Positions 49,604 to 61,640 of a stretch of 64,000 bases of DNA are shown here, piece after piece. The notes beneath the pieces were generated by a model. That model was not told the DNA's origin and searched no databases. It was given only the letters and a program-made list of their open reading frames with translations. The position numbers were made by a program, and so were the translations under genes. How positions within the stretch are numbered: the first letter of the stretch is position 1; every line of letters starts with the position of its first letter. Source of the stretch: Octopus sinensis (Eukaryota); NCBI RefSeq assembly GCF_006345805.1, contig NW_021826031.1, forward strand, positions 558,001 to 622,000, given 5' to 3'.

Positions 49604-52600
49604 GTTTATTTTAAAAATCAACACGTTGTTGTTGTTGTGGTGTAATTTTTTTCAATTTATCTGTTATTTTTCATATCTTTTGTATAATTTAATACATTAT
49701 CGAGTTGTCTTAGTTGTTACTATTTCTTTCGTCGGTATTTCTGTTATCTTTCTTAATACTTCTTTTCCTATTTTTACATGTCATCCCTTTTCACGATCCA
49801 TTACCATGTGGTAAATGCAGTAAAAATAACTGCCGCAAAAACGGCATTTACTGCGCCAAATGCCATGCTTACTTCCATATTGGATGTCTCAAGATTTCGA
49901 AGAAACCGTTTCCAGCATCCAATATGGCACTGTAACTCTTGCCTGGCAGCTGCCTCATTCCACGACACACCCACATTGTTTGATAGTTCCCATGATCAAT
50001 CTCCCAATATACTAACTTCATCGAACGCAATACTATCCTACCTATCAAGATATCGTCATTCGAGAAGCATCCCTATCCGTTTACCGAAACCAGCTCGTCC
50101 AGCAGCTGCGGAGGCCTTGTCTCATCTATCCAGAGCTATGTCCTCAAACAGGGACGAGGATTGGGCAAAAGCGTTCTGCTTCCCTTTTTCGGACTTGGCC
50201 TGACCCGTGGAGATAAATTGCCGGGAATTTCACTTCCAAACTTAAAAGATCTATTTCTTCTTACTTCCCCTTTCCATCGACACATTTATCTCAGGAAAGC
50301 CACTCACTGTCAAAACCAAGACTAAACCACAACGAAAAACCTACGCAAGAGAGTACGTTCCAAGTTAATGTCGGGCGACTTCTCGGCCGCCTTGAGAATA
50401 ATTTCCTCAGACGATAAAGTTGCGAGGGTTGACGAACAAACATTACAGTCCCTCCTAGCAAAACATCCCACTCCATCTTCTCCTACAACAGTACCAACAC
50501 CAAGCCCGGATCATGATTTGTGCATGTCGATAAAGACGAAGTGTTGAGAGCCTGAAGTCTTTTCGCCTAGTAGCAGCGGTGGAATCGATGGCCTCCGTCC
50601 AAGTCATATCATGGATCTGGTCTCCTCTTCAGCTTCCGCAGCCGGAGAACGTCTTTTGACGGATATTTGTGGTCTAATGAACGCATTCCTCGAAGGGTCT
50701 CTGTCTGATTTCCCACGCTCCCTTTTTCTCTCGGGTACCTGACCGCGAATGAATAAAAGGACGGTGGAATCCGTCCCATATCCGTCGGTAATGTTTTCAG
50801 GAGACTGGCGGCTAAGATCGCTTGCGCCAGGTCTTCACATCTGTTTCCGAAAATTTTCCATAACATACAGATGGGGTCGGTGTTAAAGGTGGCTGCGAAG
50901 CCACTGTCCACGCCGTGAGGGATTTTACAGAGTTTTCACACTCTGCTTATAACGACTGTATTCTTGCTAAATTGGACATGAAAAATGCTTTTAATTGCAT
51001 CGACCGCTCATACTTCTTAAAGAATGCAGCAAACATAACATTCCATTACTCCCGATGGCCAGCATGTGCTACGGTTGCACACCTGAACTAATGATAGACG
51101 GACACACGATCTTGTCCTCCTCTGGGGTCCAACAAGGTGACCCCCTGGTCCATTACTCTTCTCCATGGGCGTTAACCCAACAGCACACGCCGTAAAATCA
51201 CCGCTCAAAGTTTGGTGGATCTGGATGATTACTATTGTGTGGTCCTGCTCACCAAGTCATCTTGATATAGAGATCAATCGCTGTAAGTCTGAACAAAATT
51301 GGATTACAGTTGAACCCTTCAAAATGTGAGATCATAAACCTCAACGCCAACGAGGAAGATTTCGCGACTATAGTGGAAAAAATCACTCAATCTTACCGGG
51401 TGGTATTATAACCAGGAAAGGGTCGCTTGAAGTCTTAGGATCTCCCATTTTCTCGGAAGGAATCGAGAAAATACTGTCCGGAAATTATCCACTTTTGAGC
51501 TCATGTCAAGCAGGCTATCCATCCTGGACGCTCACGAAGGGTTTTTCTTGTTGAAAAACTTCATATCACTCCCCAAGCTACAACACGTTCTCCGCTCTGC
51601 CCCCTGCTTTATAAACCTGAACTTCTCAAAGAACTGGAAACAGGGCTGAAACACAGTGCCGAAAATCTCTGCAACATTCGTTTTGACGAAGCCTCGTGGA
51701 CCCAAGCCACGCTTCCAATACGATTCGGAGGCATTGGTCTCCGGTCCCCAGCAGATATTGCATTACCCGCTTTCCTCTTTCGATTGTCGTGTGGACTCAC
51801 TGGTGGTTGCTGTTCTCCCCTTTCCACTGAACGCAACGCATCCTCCTGTATCAGATGGCAATCGAATTTGGTCGAACAAAGGCCTCAAGACACCTGCTAA
51901 CTCATTCTCACAGAGATGTTGGGACGACTGTATTCTATGTCAATTACCACCACTTGGAAGAGGTCTCTGATCAATCTCGTCTTGCATGCCTTAGAAGCGC
52001 TTCACAAAAACAATCCGGGAGCGTGGCTCAATGCATGTCCTATCCCTTCAGTCGGAAACAAACTGGACGACGAGACATTGCGAATTGCAATCTCCTACGC
52101 CTTTGCATGAAGATCTGTCGCCAGCACCGCTGTAGTTTGAGGGGCTTCCGTTGACGAATTCGGACGGCCACGCTCTCTCATGCAGACGCAGTGCAGGCCG
52201 GTTCCAAGACATCACGCAATGAACCTAATTGTCAAGAACGCTTTGCATGCAGCTGGTTTCCCGGCACAGCTGGAGCCTCCTGGTCTCATCGCACAGACGG
52301 AAAAAGACCTGATGGGATAACAATTTTCCCGTACACCAACGGGAAGTGCCTTGTTTGGGACTGCGCTTGCACCGACACCTACTCAGAGACAAACCTGATC
52401 GCCTCAGCCTCCTCTCCAGGATATGCTTCACAGAACTACGAAAAAAATTAAAATATTCAGAGCTCAAGGACAGGTTCATAGTGCAACCGATTATTGTGGA
52501 GTCATCTGGAGTCTTCGGTCCGGAAATCCATCTCTTTTATTAGGAAACTTGGATCCCTGATCTCGGTTCAGACGAAAGATAGAAGGGAGACCGAATGGCT

Positions 52601-53769
52601 TTCAACGCCTTTCAACAACCGTTGTCAGAGGTAATAGCCACGCTATCCTTTCTGCTCTTAAGCACCTTAATTAACTTAGGCGATATCGTGTTTAGCGTCT
52701 TAAAATCATAAGGGACCAATTTTGATTAGAAAATCGCAAATAAATTAATATTATTATATTATTTTTAAAAATTATTATATATCAAAATAATTATTATCTG
52801 CAACGCTTTAACAGTATTTTGAATGATGTATTGTGGAAGGCCGTCTGCATCGACTATTATTGTAATAATACTCAACCAACATATGATTTGTTACTATTTG
52901 AATTGAATCACCGAGATTGTTGTGGAAAAAAATGACCACGCAAGATACGGTCAATTGGTTGGCTCAATATCAGCTAATCAAAAAATTCGATGAAATGCGA
53001 AAACTGCAGCACGGATTGCCGTCTTCTTTCAGACAAATCCCGACTCGACAAATTAAAGTGGAAATGTAAAAATGCAATTTCTCAAAATCGATTCGAGATG
53101 GCAGCTTTTTCTCACATAGTCATCTTGAATTGAAGCAAATTTTGGACTATATCTATTTTGGGCACTCAACTAGAAACGATTATCTGCAGCAAGAATCTCG
53201 ATCAGACTTTAAAAAACATCAATTGATTGGGGGAAACTTTTACGTGATGTATGCGTAAAGTGGGTCGAGGACCATCCTTGTTCTCTCAGTGGAATTAATC
53301 AGAAACTATGTTGCCCAATTGTCGTAGAAGTGGATGAAACAATTATTTTCATCGAAAATACGCAAGAGGTACCTGGCACGAAGGGCATTGGGTTGTTGTG
53401 GAAAAGAGAGGGGCAACCCTAGGAATATTTTTCTGGTCGTCGAAGGTTCCTGATCGGAGTCGAGACACGTTAATAACTATTAATTCTCAGTATCTTTTGT
53501 CTTAATAATTCGAATTTTTCACTGTTTTCATGTTTTACTAAGTTGCTGTAAAAAATGTAGTTTTAAAAAATTTAATTTAGGGTTGCCACAGTATTGTACA
53601 TATAAATTTAATTATAATAATTTAAAAATAATATAATAATATTAATTTATTGCGATTTCTAATCAAAATTGGTCCCTTATGATTTTAAGACGCTAAAACA
53701 CGATATCGCCATAACTTATATTTTCTTTTATAACATGGGCTTTTAAAAAAAAAAAAAAGTTCATTTCTA
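49604..53769 (+). mobile_element. Near full-length CRE-like retrotransposon with N-terminal PHD finger; ends approximate
   Basis: C4HC3 pattern at 49807-49942; RT GIDGLRP, IRPISVG, KLDMKNAFN, GVQQGDP; RLE GKRPDG...VESSG; poly(A) near 53745; possible low-complexity TSD ATTAAAAAAATA. Confidence 0.85.
52679..53710 (+). mobile_element. Merlin transposon, deletion derivative retaining the N-terminal half
   Basis: Long TIR GGCGATATCGTGTTT(T)AGCGTCTTAAAATC; 8-bp TSD TTAACTTA/ATAACTTA; zinc finger and VEVDET...WV..VPDRSRDTL. Confidence 0.9.
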
Positions 53770-56700
53770 ATTAAAAAAATAATAATTCAAAAATTGTGGC
53801 AATTTGAGAATTGGCCAATTTACTAAGAAAATTAATTTTTTTCTTAGTAAATTGTGAAAAAATTGGCCAATTTAAAATTGGCCAATTTGCGAGGTGTGCC
53901 AATTTGCGGAGGATTCACTGTAGTACATTTCTAATTTTCTTCCATAAATGTGGAAATTTAATTTGTAGATCTTTTGATTGCCAAAATTTAGAGATATCAT
54001 CCTTTTGAAATCTGTGAATATATTCTTAATTATATTTCAATTCAATTATATAGTCTGTTATGCAACGTGCTACTATCTCGATGTGTGCTCTACCTGGACA
54101 ACAGAAACTAACAATATTATTAATAATAATATACCTAGAGCAGGATGGACACCGCATCGGAGAGACAGACGTCAGATGGCAAGAACATCGTCTTTGCCAT
54201 TGCTGAAGGGATCGAGTGCACGACCCGGGAGGACTGGGTTAAATCCGCCCTTTCCCAAGTGTGGGAAGAGCTTCCAGGATGCCCAGAAATGGGTGGCCTA
54301 CCCTGCTTCAGTGTTTCAATCGACGCTTTAGCTCGAACCTATCGTTAGATGCACTGAAGAAGCTGGCCAAGACCCCTCCTCTGGCTCGCGGGGGAGGACT
54401 GCCGCTGCGGTTACGCCGTCAGGATGCCCCCCGTGTTCTGAACAACACGAGCACCAGAGTAGTGAGTTATCGCTACTCTTGCAGGTTAAGGAGATATTTA
54501 GTAGGCATATCTCTGCGAATCGTGTTGTCCCCCTTGCGGACGCAGAGCAGAGTGACCCGAAAGATACCTCGGTGGCAACTCAGAAGTGACGTGATGGGTT
54601 GCATCAATCGTGCCATAGCTTACGCGATCGTGCGTGAGCCTCCGGAGACAATGGACGAGATTTCTCTTTATTTGTACTCGGCACAGAACCTATGATGAAA
54701 TCACTCAGAGGCCTGCCCCAAAGAGTAGATGGAGAGAAAACATTGCCGCAAAAGTAGCCGCAAGGAAAGCCGAGCTGGAAGCGCTGACTGGGCACATTTT
54801 GAATGTGAGCAATGGGGTCAAGGGCAAGACTCCCCTTGGTGCGTACTTTACTTCGTCGGGAACGAGCTGCCAAATGGGACCTCAACGAGTTGAGGCGTGT
54901 CCGGGCAGAGAGGGAGGAGCTGATTCTCGTTTATCAGAAGAAGCTCTCAACTCATGAGTCTCGGTGTCAGCGCAGGCGGGAGAACAACCTGTTTGAATTT
55001 AATCGCAGGTCGTTCTATCGTCGGTTGCACGGAGAGACGAAGGAGGGTACCCAGCAAAAGGCCGAAAGCTTGACACATGGGGGAGTATGTGGAAAGCACG
55101 TCCTCGCAAGGGTGTGTCGTTTCCGTTTTTGTGGACCCGATGCTCCCTTGATGACCGAGTCTTGTGGTGTCCCTGACATCCGCAAGAAGTTCGATGAAGC
55201 AGTAACCCGTCTCTCTGACTGGAAGACACCTGGGGTCGATAAGTGTATAATTTCTTTATTAAAAATTGCAAACCTATCCATGATTGCATGTGTCGAGCAA
55301 TCGAACAGTTTACACTAGACCCTGGCTCGATTCCAGAGTGGTTATGTACTGGGGTCACTTATTTGATCCCTAAAGTAGATAACCCTTCCGCTCCGACAGA
55401 TTATCGTCCGATAACCTGTATGCCCAACCTGTACAAGTTATGACTAAGGTGGTGGCTACTGAGGTCAGAAATTTCGTGGAGGTGAATGGGTTCTGTCCGA
55501 GAACCAGTTAGGTACTCGGCTGGATTGTCAGGGAGCTAAGGAGCAGGCACTGATCAACAAATGCCTCGCGAGAGCCCACGGAAACTCACTAGTGTCAATG
55601 TGGGTGGATGTGAAGAAGGCATATGACTCGGTTGATCATGCCTACCTCGTTGAGTGTCTGCGATGCTTAAGTTGCCAATGTGTTTATCAAATTTGTTGCA
55701 ACTGTGATGGACAGGTGGAACGTCCATCTAAATTACAACAAATGCGATATAGGCGAGGTGAAACTAGAGAGGGGCATATTACAGGGCGACAGCATGTCTC
55801 CGCTGCTGTTCGTCCTCTGCCTAGAACCGCTGAGTAGAGTCCTCACTGCCCAATTCGAACAAATGTCGATCGAACTGAAGGAGGGTGTTTAGCACCAACC
55901 ATCTCATGTTCATAGACGACATTAAGCTGTTCGCTCGGTCTTCAGAGATCCTTCACTCAATGGGTAAAAGTCCTGAAAGGTTTCATGAAGGCCGTGGGGG
56001 TTGGAGCTCAACTACAACAAGTCGGCGACTAACACCCCTGTGTGTGGTGACCTAGTCAAAGTCTTGGAGGACACCAAGGATATAAGTATCTTGGTGTGGT
56101 TGAGAGTCCAGCCTCATTAATCACACCCGAAACGAGAAAGTGTGTAGTGGAGGGTGTGCGTAGTAGGGCGGCAATGTTATGTAAGACTCGGCTTAATGCA
56201 CGGAACTTATTTCATGCCTTGAACGAGTATGCCATCTCATTGCTAAACTACTACGTGGCCTGATCGAATTCGAGCCGAGTGAGTACGATGAAATGGACCT
56301 TATTGTCCGAAGAGTACTCCGAGAGAATCATGTCCACGTGTTGGCAAGCAATAAGGAGAGATTGTACTTGTCTCGCGGGCAGCTAGGACGTGGACTGAGT
56401 AACATCGTACACTTAAGTGAGCGAATTCTTACTAAGATGCACGACACCTTGTGGAGTGGGTCGAGTGTATCCCAAAGGAAGGCTGCCATCCTTGCTGCTG
56501 AAAAAGCGCGTGGTACACACCTAGGGACATAAAAGGCTATGTGTCGGCTAAGTATGGTCTAGGTGCTACCCAAGTTAATGGAAGGAGTTGATCCAAACTT
56601 CAAAAGGAGTCTTTAATTAAAAAGATCAACTTAAAAGTCCTTCACAAGACTCTCTTTAGCAGCACATTGACGTATCGTCGTCATCTACGTGGCTGAAATA

Positions 56701-56857
56701 TGGGAATAACTCTCCCCGATCAGAAGGGTTGTTCTCATATTTCCAGGATAGAAACTTTTTTAATGGTCAACGGAAACAGTGTAACCACTGTAAGAGTAAG
56801 GCAATGACCGTTGACCATTTAGCCACGAAGTGCGGGAGTATGCTTTACCATGATTAC

Positions 56858-58504
56858 TAGGGCAATTTAAGTGCTAAAATGCTATTTTTACTTTTTATAT
56901 TTTTTTTAATATAAAATTGAATTTGGAATAATTATTTTTTAATTTTGTTAAAAAAAACATACATTATAAATGCTATAAATGCTATTTGTAATTTTAAATG
57001 CTAATTTTTTTTTAAATGCTAATTTAAATTGCATTTAAAATTTTTTTAATGCCACCCATATTAAATAAAATAATTTAGCACGCTATATAGTATTTTGAGT
57101 GATGCCAAAACCCAAGTGTTCGTTGCTTAAGAAAGCCAAGCGTATAGTTCAGAATTCAAGATGAGTTTGTATTGCTGACCATGGCCTTCTATTTTGTTCT
57201 CTTTGTTTATCCAAAGTCAACTGTGCAAAAAAATTTTCTGTCGATTCTCATTGTTCTTCTTTAAAACATCAGAACAATATGCGTATAAATGTAATACAAT
57301 TGTAGGTCATTCATGTGATTCAGTTCAAACGAGATTAACTGAATCAATCAAAGTAGATTCGGTTTAAAGAACGATCACGGAAACTTTTGTGCAAGCAAAC
57401 ATCCCGCTATACAAATTAAAAAATGATTCGATCAAAAAAATGTTTAAAACATTTAACATTAACACCGTCCGAATTTTTATGCAGAACTACGGTTAAATTT
57501 CTTGCACAAAAAAAGATAAATGAGTTGACAAAATTATTAACGTATTAAAGTTTATTTTTTAACTTTTAAAAACGAAAAGATTTTTATAATAATTGATGAA
57601 ACAGATATCCGAAGGAAAAGTTTTGTAGTGATTCTAATTGGAAGCATTCGCTTTCCAACAAAATCCTATTTGGTTGAATGCAAACCACTGGAAAATCATG
57701 CCAATGCTGCTGTCATCTGCCAAATAATAGATGACGTCATTAGAGAAATGAAGATTATTCGTGACAATTTTTATCTGTTAATCTCAGATGCCGCTCCTTA
57801 TATGATTTCTGGTGATATAAAAGTATCTAAATAAATAGGCGGTAAAACTTTAATGGTCATGTATAACACATGCATCATGTGACTTGTGTTTCTCATTTGT
57901 TACACAATACGGTTTTACGTATAAAGTCTGCATATCCGGAAATAGATGGCTTAATTGCAAGCATTAAAGCTGCCACAGTAAAAAACCGAAGACGTCGTAA
58001 TTTGTTCAAGGATGTTGGATACCCACCTGATGTCGTAATTACTAGGTATTCTTTTTCTTAATTTATGCAGATGGGGAAGTTGGTTTAAAGCAGCGAAATA
58101 TTATTTTACGAATTTTGAAAAAATTTGTGAAATTGTTAACGCATTTCAGTCAGATGGAGTTTTAGTATCAAATGCTAAACATCATGTAAATAATCCCGAT
58201 ATTAAGTTGAAATTAACGGAGATAAAATTTAAATGTTTTTTTATTATTTTGGCGCCTGGGGATCATATCGAACACAGAGAGAGGATGCGTAGTCTGATTG
58301 GGAATGTCGGGATCACCTAATAATCTTGTTTTCTGGCCTGACGGTGCTCTTGGTTTTTAAATAAATAAATTTTTATTATTTTAAGTTATAGATTTTACAA
58401 TTTTAAATGCTAGATTTGATCATTTTAAGTGCTAATTTTTTTAATTATAAATGCTAGATTTAGCGCTAAATTTTTTTTTTTAAGTGCTAAAAAAAATTGC
58501 CCTA
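56858..58504 (+). mobile_element. hAT-superfamily transposon with TAGGG termini, truncated transposase with micro-introns
   Basis: TIR TAGGGCAATTT; perfect 8-bp TSD ATGATTAC (56850-56857, 58505-58512); IIDETD, SDAAPYM, HVTCVSHLLH, TR|WGSW. Confidence 0.9.
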
Positions 58505-58946
58505 ATGATTACACATGGAGGCATAACGAGGTGTGAGGTCCCTCCATCTTTTGCTCTGCAATAAGTACGGCTTGAGGCGGTCCAGAAAGTTGCGAACCCA
58601 TCGAGTTCAATCGGTGTGTGAGAACTCGCGGGTGTGCATTAAGGTGGATACCCCCATACGCACCTCGATTGTTGTCCAGCACAACAGACCCGACATTGTG
58701 GTCCACGATAAGGTCACCGGGGAGATTGTTATCGTGGAGGTGGGCATCACGTGCCTAGACCGTTTGCAAATAGTGAAAGTGGAGAAAAGGAGGAAGTATG
58801 ACCTCCTTGCAAACGAGCTAGGACTGATGCACCAGTGCAAAGTCCATGTCATCACGTGTGTGATGACATGGGATGGACTGGTCACCAAATACCACAAGCG
58901 GTACTTAAGACAGTTGGATGTAGATAAGTCTCTACAGGCTTATATA

Positions 58947-59627
58947 CAGTGGGCGCAAAAAAAATCCGGTTTTCTAATTTCTCTATTTTTTTATATTGTG
59001 CGATATAATATTTTTTTTTAATCTTAAATTTTAGTGAAAAGTAACTCTTATTTTTTTATTTTGATTATTTTCATTATTTTTTTCAAGAGATATTTCCAAT
59101 TTAAATTTACAATGCGCAAAAAAAACCCGGTTTTTTAAAAAAATGTCAAATTAATATTTAATATGCCGTCCTTTAGCCATAAAAACATCGTACACCCTTC
59201 TCGGCATGCTGTTTATGAGTTTCTGTATTAGATCTTTCGGCATATTTTCCCAAATTTCGATAATTTTATCTTTCAGCTCATGCATATTTTTTGGAGGATT
59301 TTCGTACAATTTACTTTTAATATATGCCCAAAGATGTTCTATTGGATTTAAATCTGGCGATTGCGGTGCCCAATCCAATAGTTTGACGCTTCTTTCGGCA
59401 ATTTCAAATTTTTGAGAATAAAAGACTCAATAATTAAAAAAACCGAGTTTTTTTTGCGCATTTTAAAATTAAATTCAAGATATCTCTATGAAAAATAAAA
59501 AAATACTTAAAATTAAAAACATACTCGATTTACATTTCAAAATGATACTAAATTAAAAAAAAATAATATAAAATTTATATTGAAAAATTCGAAAAATAAG
59601 AAAACCGGATTTTTTTTGCGCCCACTG
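58947..59627 (-). mobile_element. Tc1-like deletion derivative with long IR/DR-type ends
   Basis: TIR CAGTGGGCGCAAAAAAAATCCGG, TA TSD, internal repeats of the terminal motif near 59113 and 59440; ORF 59151-59378 WAPQSPDLNPIEHLW. Confidence 0.9.
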
Positions 59628-60508
59628 TACAGTCAACTGTTCTTAAGAGGACTCTGGAGAGTGTCTCGTTTGATGCTCGCCGATCCAGCCCTTTCCTGAC
59701 GTTTAGTCAGCAAGAGGCGCTGGACTGCACCTTCTCGAAGGTCTACAGTGCCAGAGAAGAGGAGGAAGAAGGGGAGGAGGTGCGTGGAGTGCCGCCTTCT
59801 GCTCACTTCGAAGGCTCTGGACTTAGTTAGTAAAATTACTTAGTTAATTAGTTTCTTTCTTAATAAAAATTAAAATCAATTCAATTATCTCTTCCTGCAT
59901 TGTTTCGTTCATATCTTCTAGCACACATGAAAACGGATCAATCATCCATGCTTCAAATTCAAAATCAAACAAATCTTTGAATCTAAGAGATATATCCGCT
60001 TCTAGTTCCGTCAAATATTGTTTTGACTAAAATATTTACTTATCTCAGATAGTTATGAAATGTTTCCAAACTGATTTATAGAAAAAAATTATGTCGATAA
60101 AGCAATAATTTTCTTGCAAATGTTTTCATTATTCTTTTGCAATCAATCATGTTGACAAAATTTCCTTGAAGAAGAATAGTAATTTCATTAAATTTTGTAA
60201 AAATCCAATTCAAATAGAATATATCATTTTTTTCGTGAAATGATTTCTTCAGTTTAAATCAAGTTTTCTTCAGTTTGCAAAAATTGCATTGTAAAGATTA
60301 ATAAATCTTTCTAAAGCATTTCCTTTGAAAGCCATCTTACTTTCGTATGTAATAAAAGTCGAATAAAATCTTCATCAGCATCCTTACAAAACTTTGCTTC
60401 TTGTTTTTATTTTGTTAATTGTTTTGATTACAATGTTTAAAGATTGATGTAAATCATAACATAAAATCTTCGATACCAGTGGATGGTGATGTAAAATACA
60501 AAGAACGG

Positions 60509-61343
60509 GGCGATATCGTGTTTTAGCGTCTTAAAATCATAAGGGACCAATTTTGATTAGAAATCGCAAATAAATTAATATTATTATATTATTTTTTAAA
60601 AATTATTATAATTATCAAAATAATTATTATCTGCAACGCTTTAACAGTATTTTTGAATAATGTCTCGTGGAAGGCCGTCTGCATCGACTATTATTGTTAA
60701 TAATACTCAACCAACATATGATTTGTTACTATTTGAATTGAATCACCGAGATTTTGTGGAAATAACAATGACCACGCAAGATACGGTCAATTGGTTGGCT
60801 CAATATCAGCTAATCAAAAATTCGATTATCTGTACGGATTATTGGCCAGCCTACAATAGAATCGAATTGTTAGGATATGCCGATCATTTAAGAGTCAACC
60901 ACAGCCGCAATTTTGTTGACCAGAACAATCGCTCCACACATACGCAGGGAATCGAGTCATTGTGGTCTCACGCCAAGAAAAAGCTAAAAAGGATGAATGG
61001 AACATCCCGTGTTCTTTTTAATTCTCACCTGGCGGAATTTGAATGGCGGTGGAGAAATGATACGTATCCCTGTGGAGGCGGGAATGCATTTATTAAAATG
61101 TTAATAACTATTAATTCTCAGTATCCTTTGTCTTAATAATCGAGTTTTTCACTGTTTTCATGTTTTACTAAGTTGCTGTAAAAAATGTAGTTTTAAAAAA
61201 TTTAAATTTAGGGTTGCCACAGTATGTACATATAATTTAATTATAATAATTTTTAAAAAATAATATAATAATATTAATTTAGTTGCGATTTCTAATCAGA
61301 ATTGGTCCCTTATGATTTTAAGACGCTAAAACACGATATCGCC
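60509..61343 (+). mobile_element. Merlin transposon, deletion derivative retaining the C-terminal half
   Basis: Same TIR as 52679-53710; perfect 8-bp TSD AAGAACGG; 158-aa ORF with ICTDYWPAY, VNHSRNFVD, HTQGIESLW, LAEFEWR. Confidence 0.92.
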
Positions 61344-61640
61344 AAGAACGGTAATGACCCATGGATAATCTTTAAGAAGAAAAACAATTCCCTTATATCT
61401 CCAACCATTGACATCGCAGCATCAGTCGCACAGGAAACCAAATTTTCAAATAATATTTCATTTGTTTCAAAAAACACTTTTACTACGGAATATATTAACA
61501 TTCCAGTTGTACAGGTTTCTAATAATTCGACAAACAATTAATCCTCATTTAATACACATTCATTATCGAAATACCTAAATTTTATTAAAAAAATTCGAAA
61601 ATAACCTCACAAATCCCATTAAAACAGCTTTACTATAAAC

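Larger units (their letters stand above)
47957..53920 (-). mobile_element. Tigger/pogo (CENP-B/jerky-like) transposon, disrupted
   Basis: TIR CAGTGAATCCTCGCAAATTGG with TA TSD; HTH (SYKISRGRYTRLTFLEK), MDETTLYYK...KDRVSIMLLCSNMTG, LIDHCPAH, QPMDIGII. Confidence 0.9.
54050..59875 (+). mobile_element. Full-length R4/Dong-like RLE retrotransposon (about 3.5 kb net), split by two DNA transposons
   Basis: RT YRPITC, KKAYDSV, GILQGDSMSPLLF, FIDD, YLG; knuckle C..C...H....C, RHNEV, NRPDIV...EVG...EKRRKY. 13-bp TSD TCAATTCAATTAT (54037-54049, 59876-59888). Confidence 0.9.
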
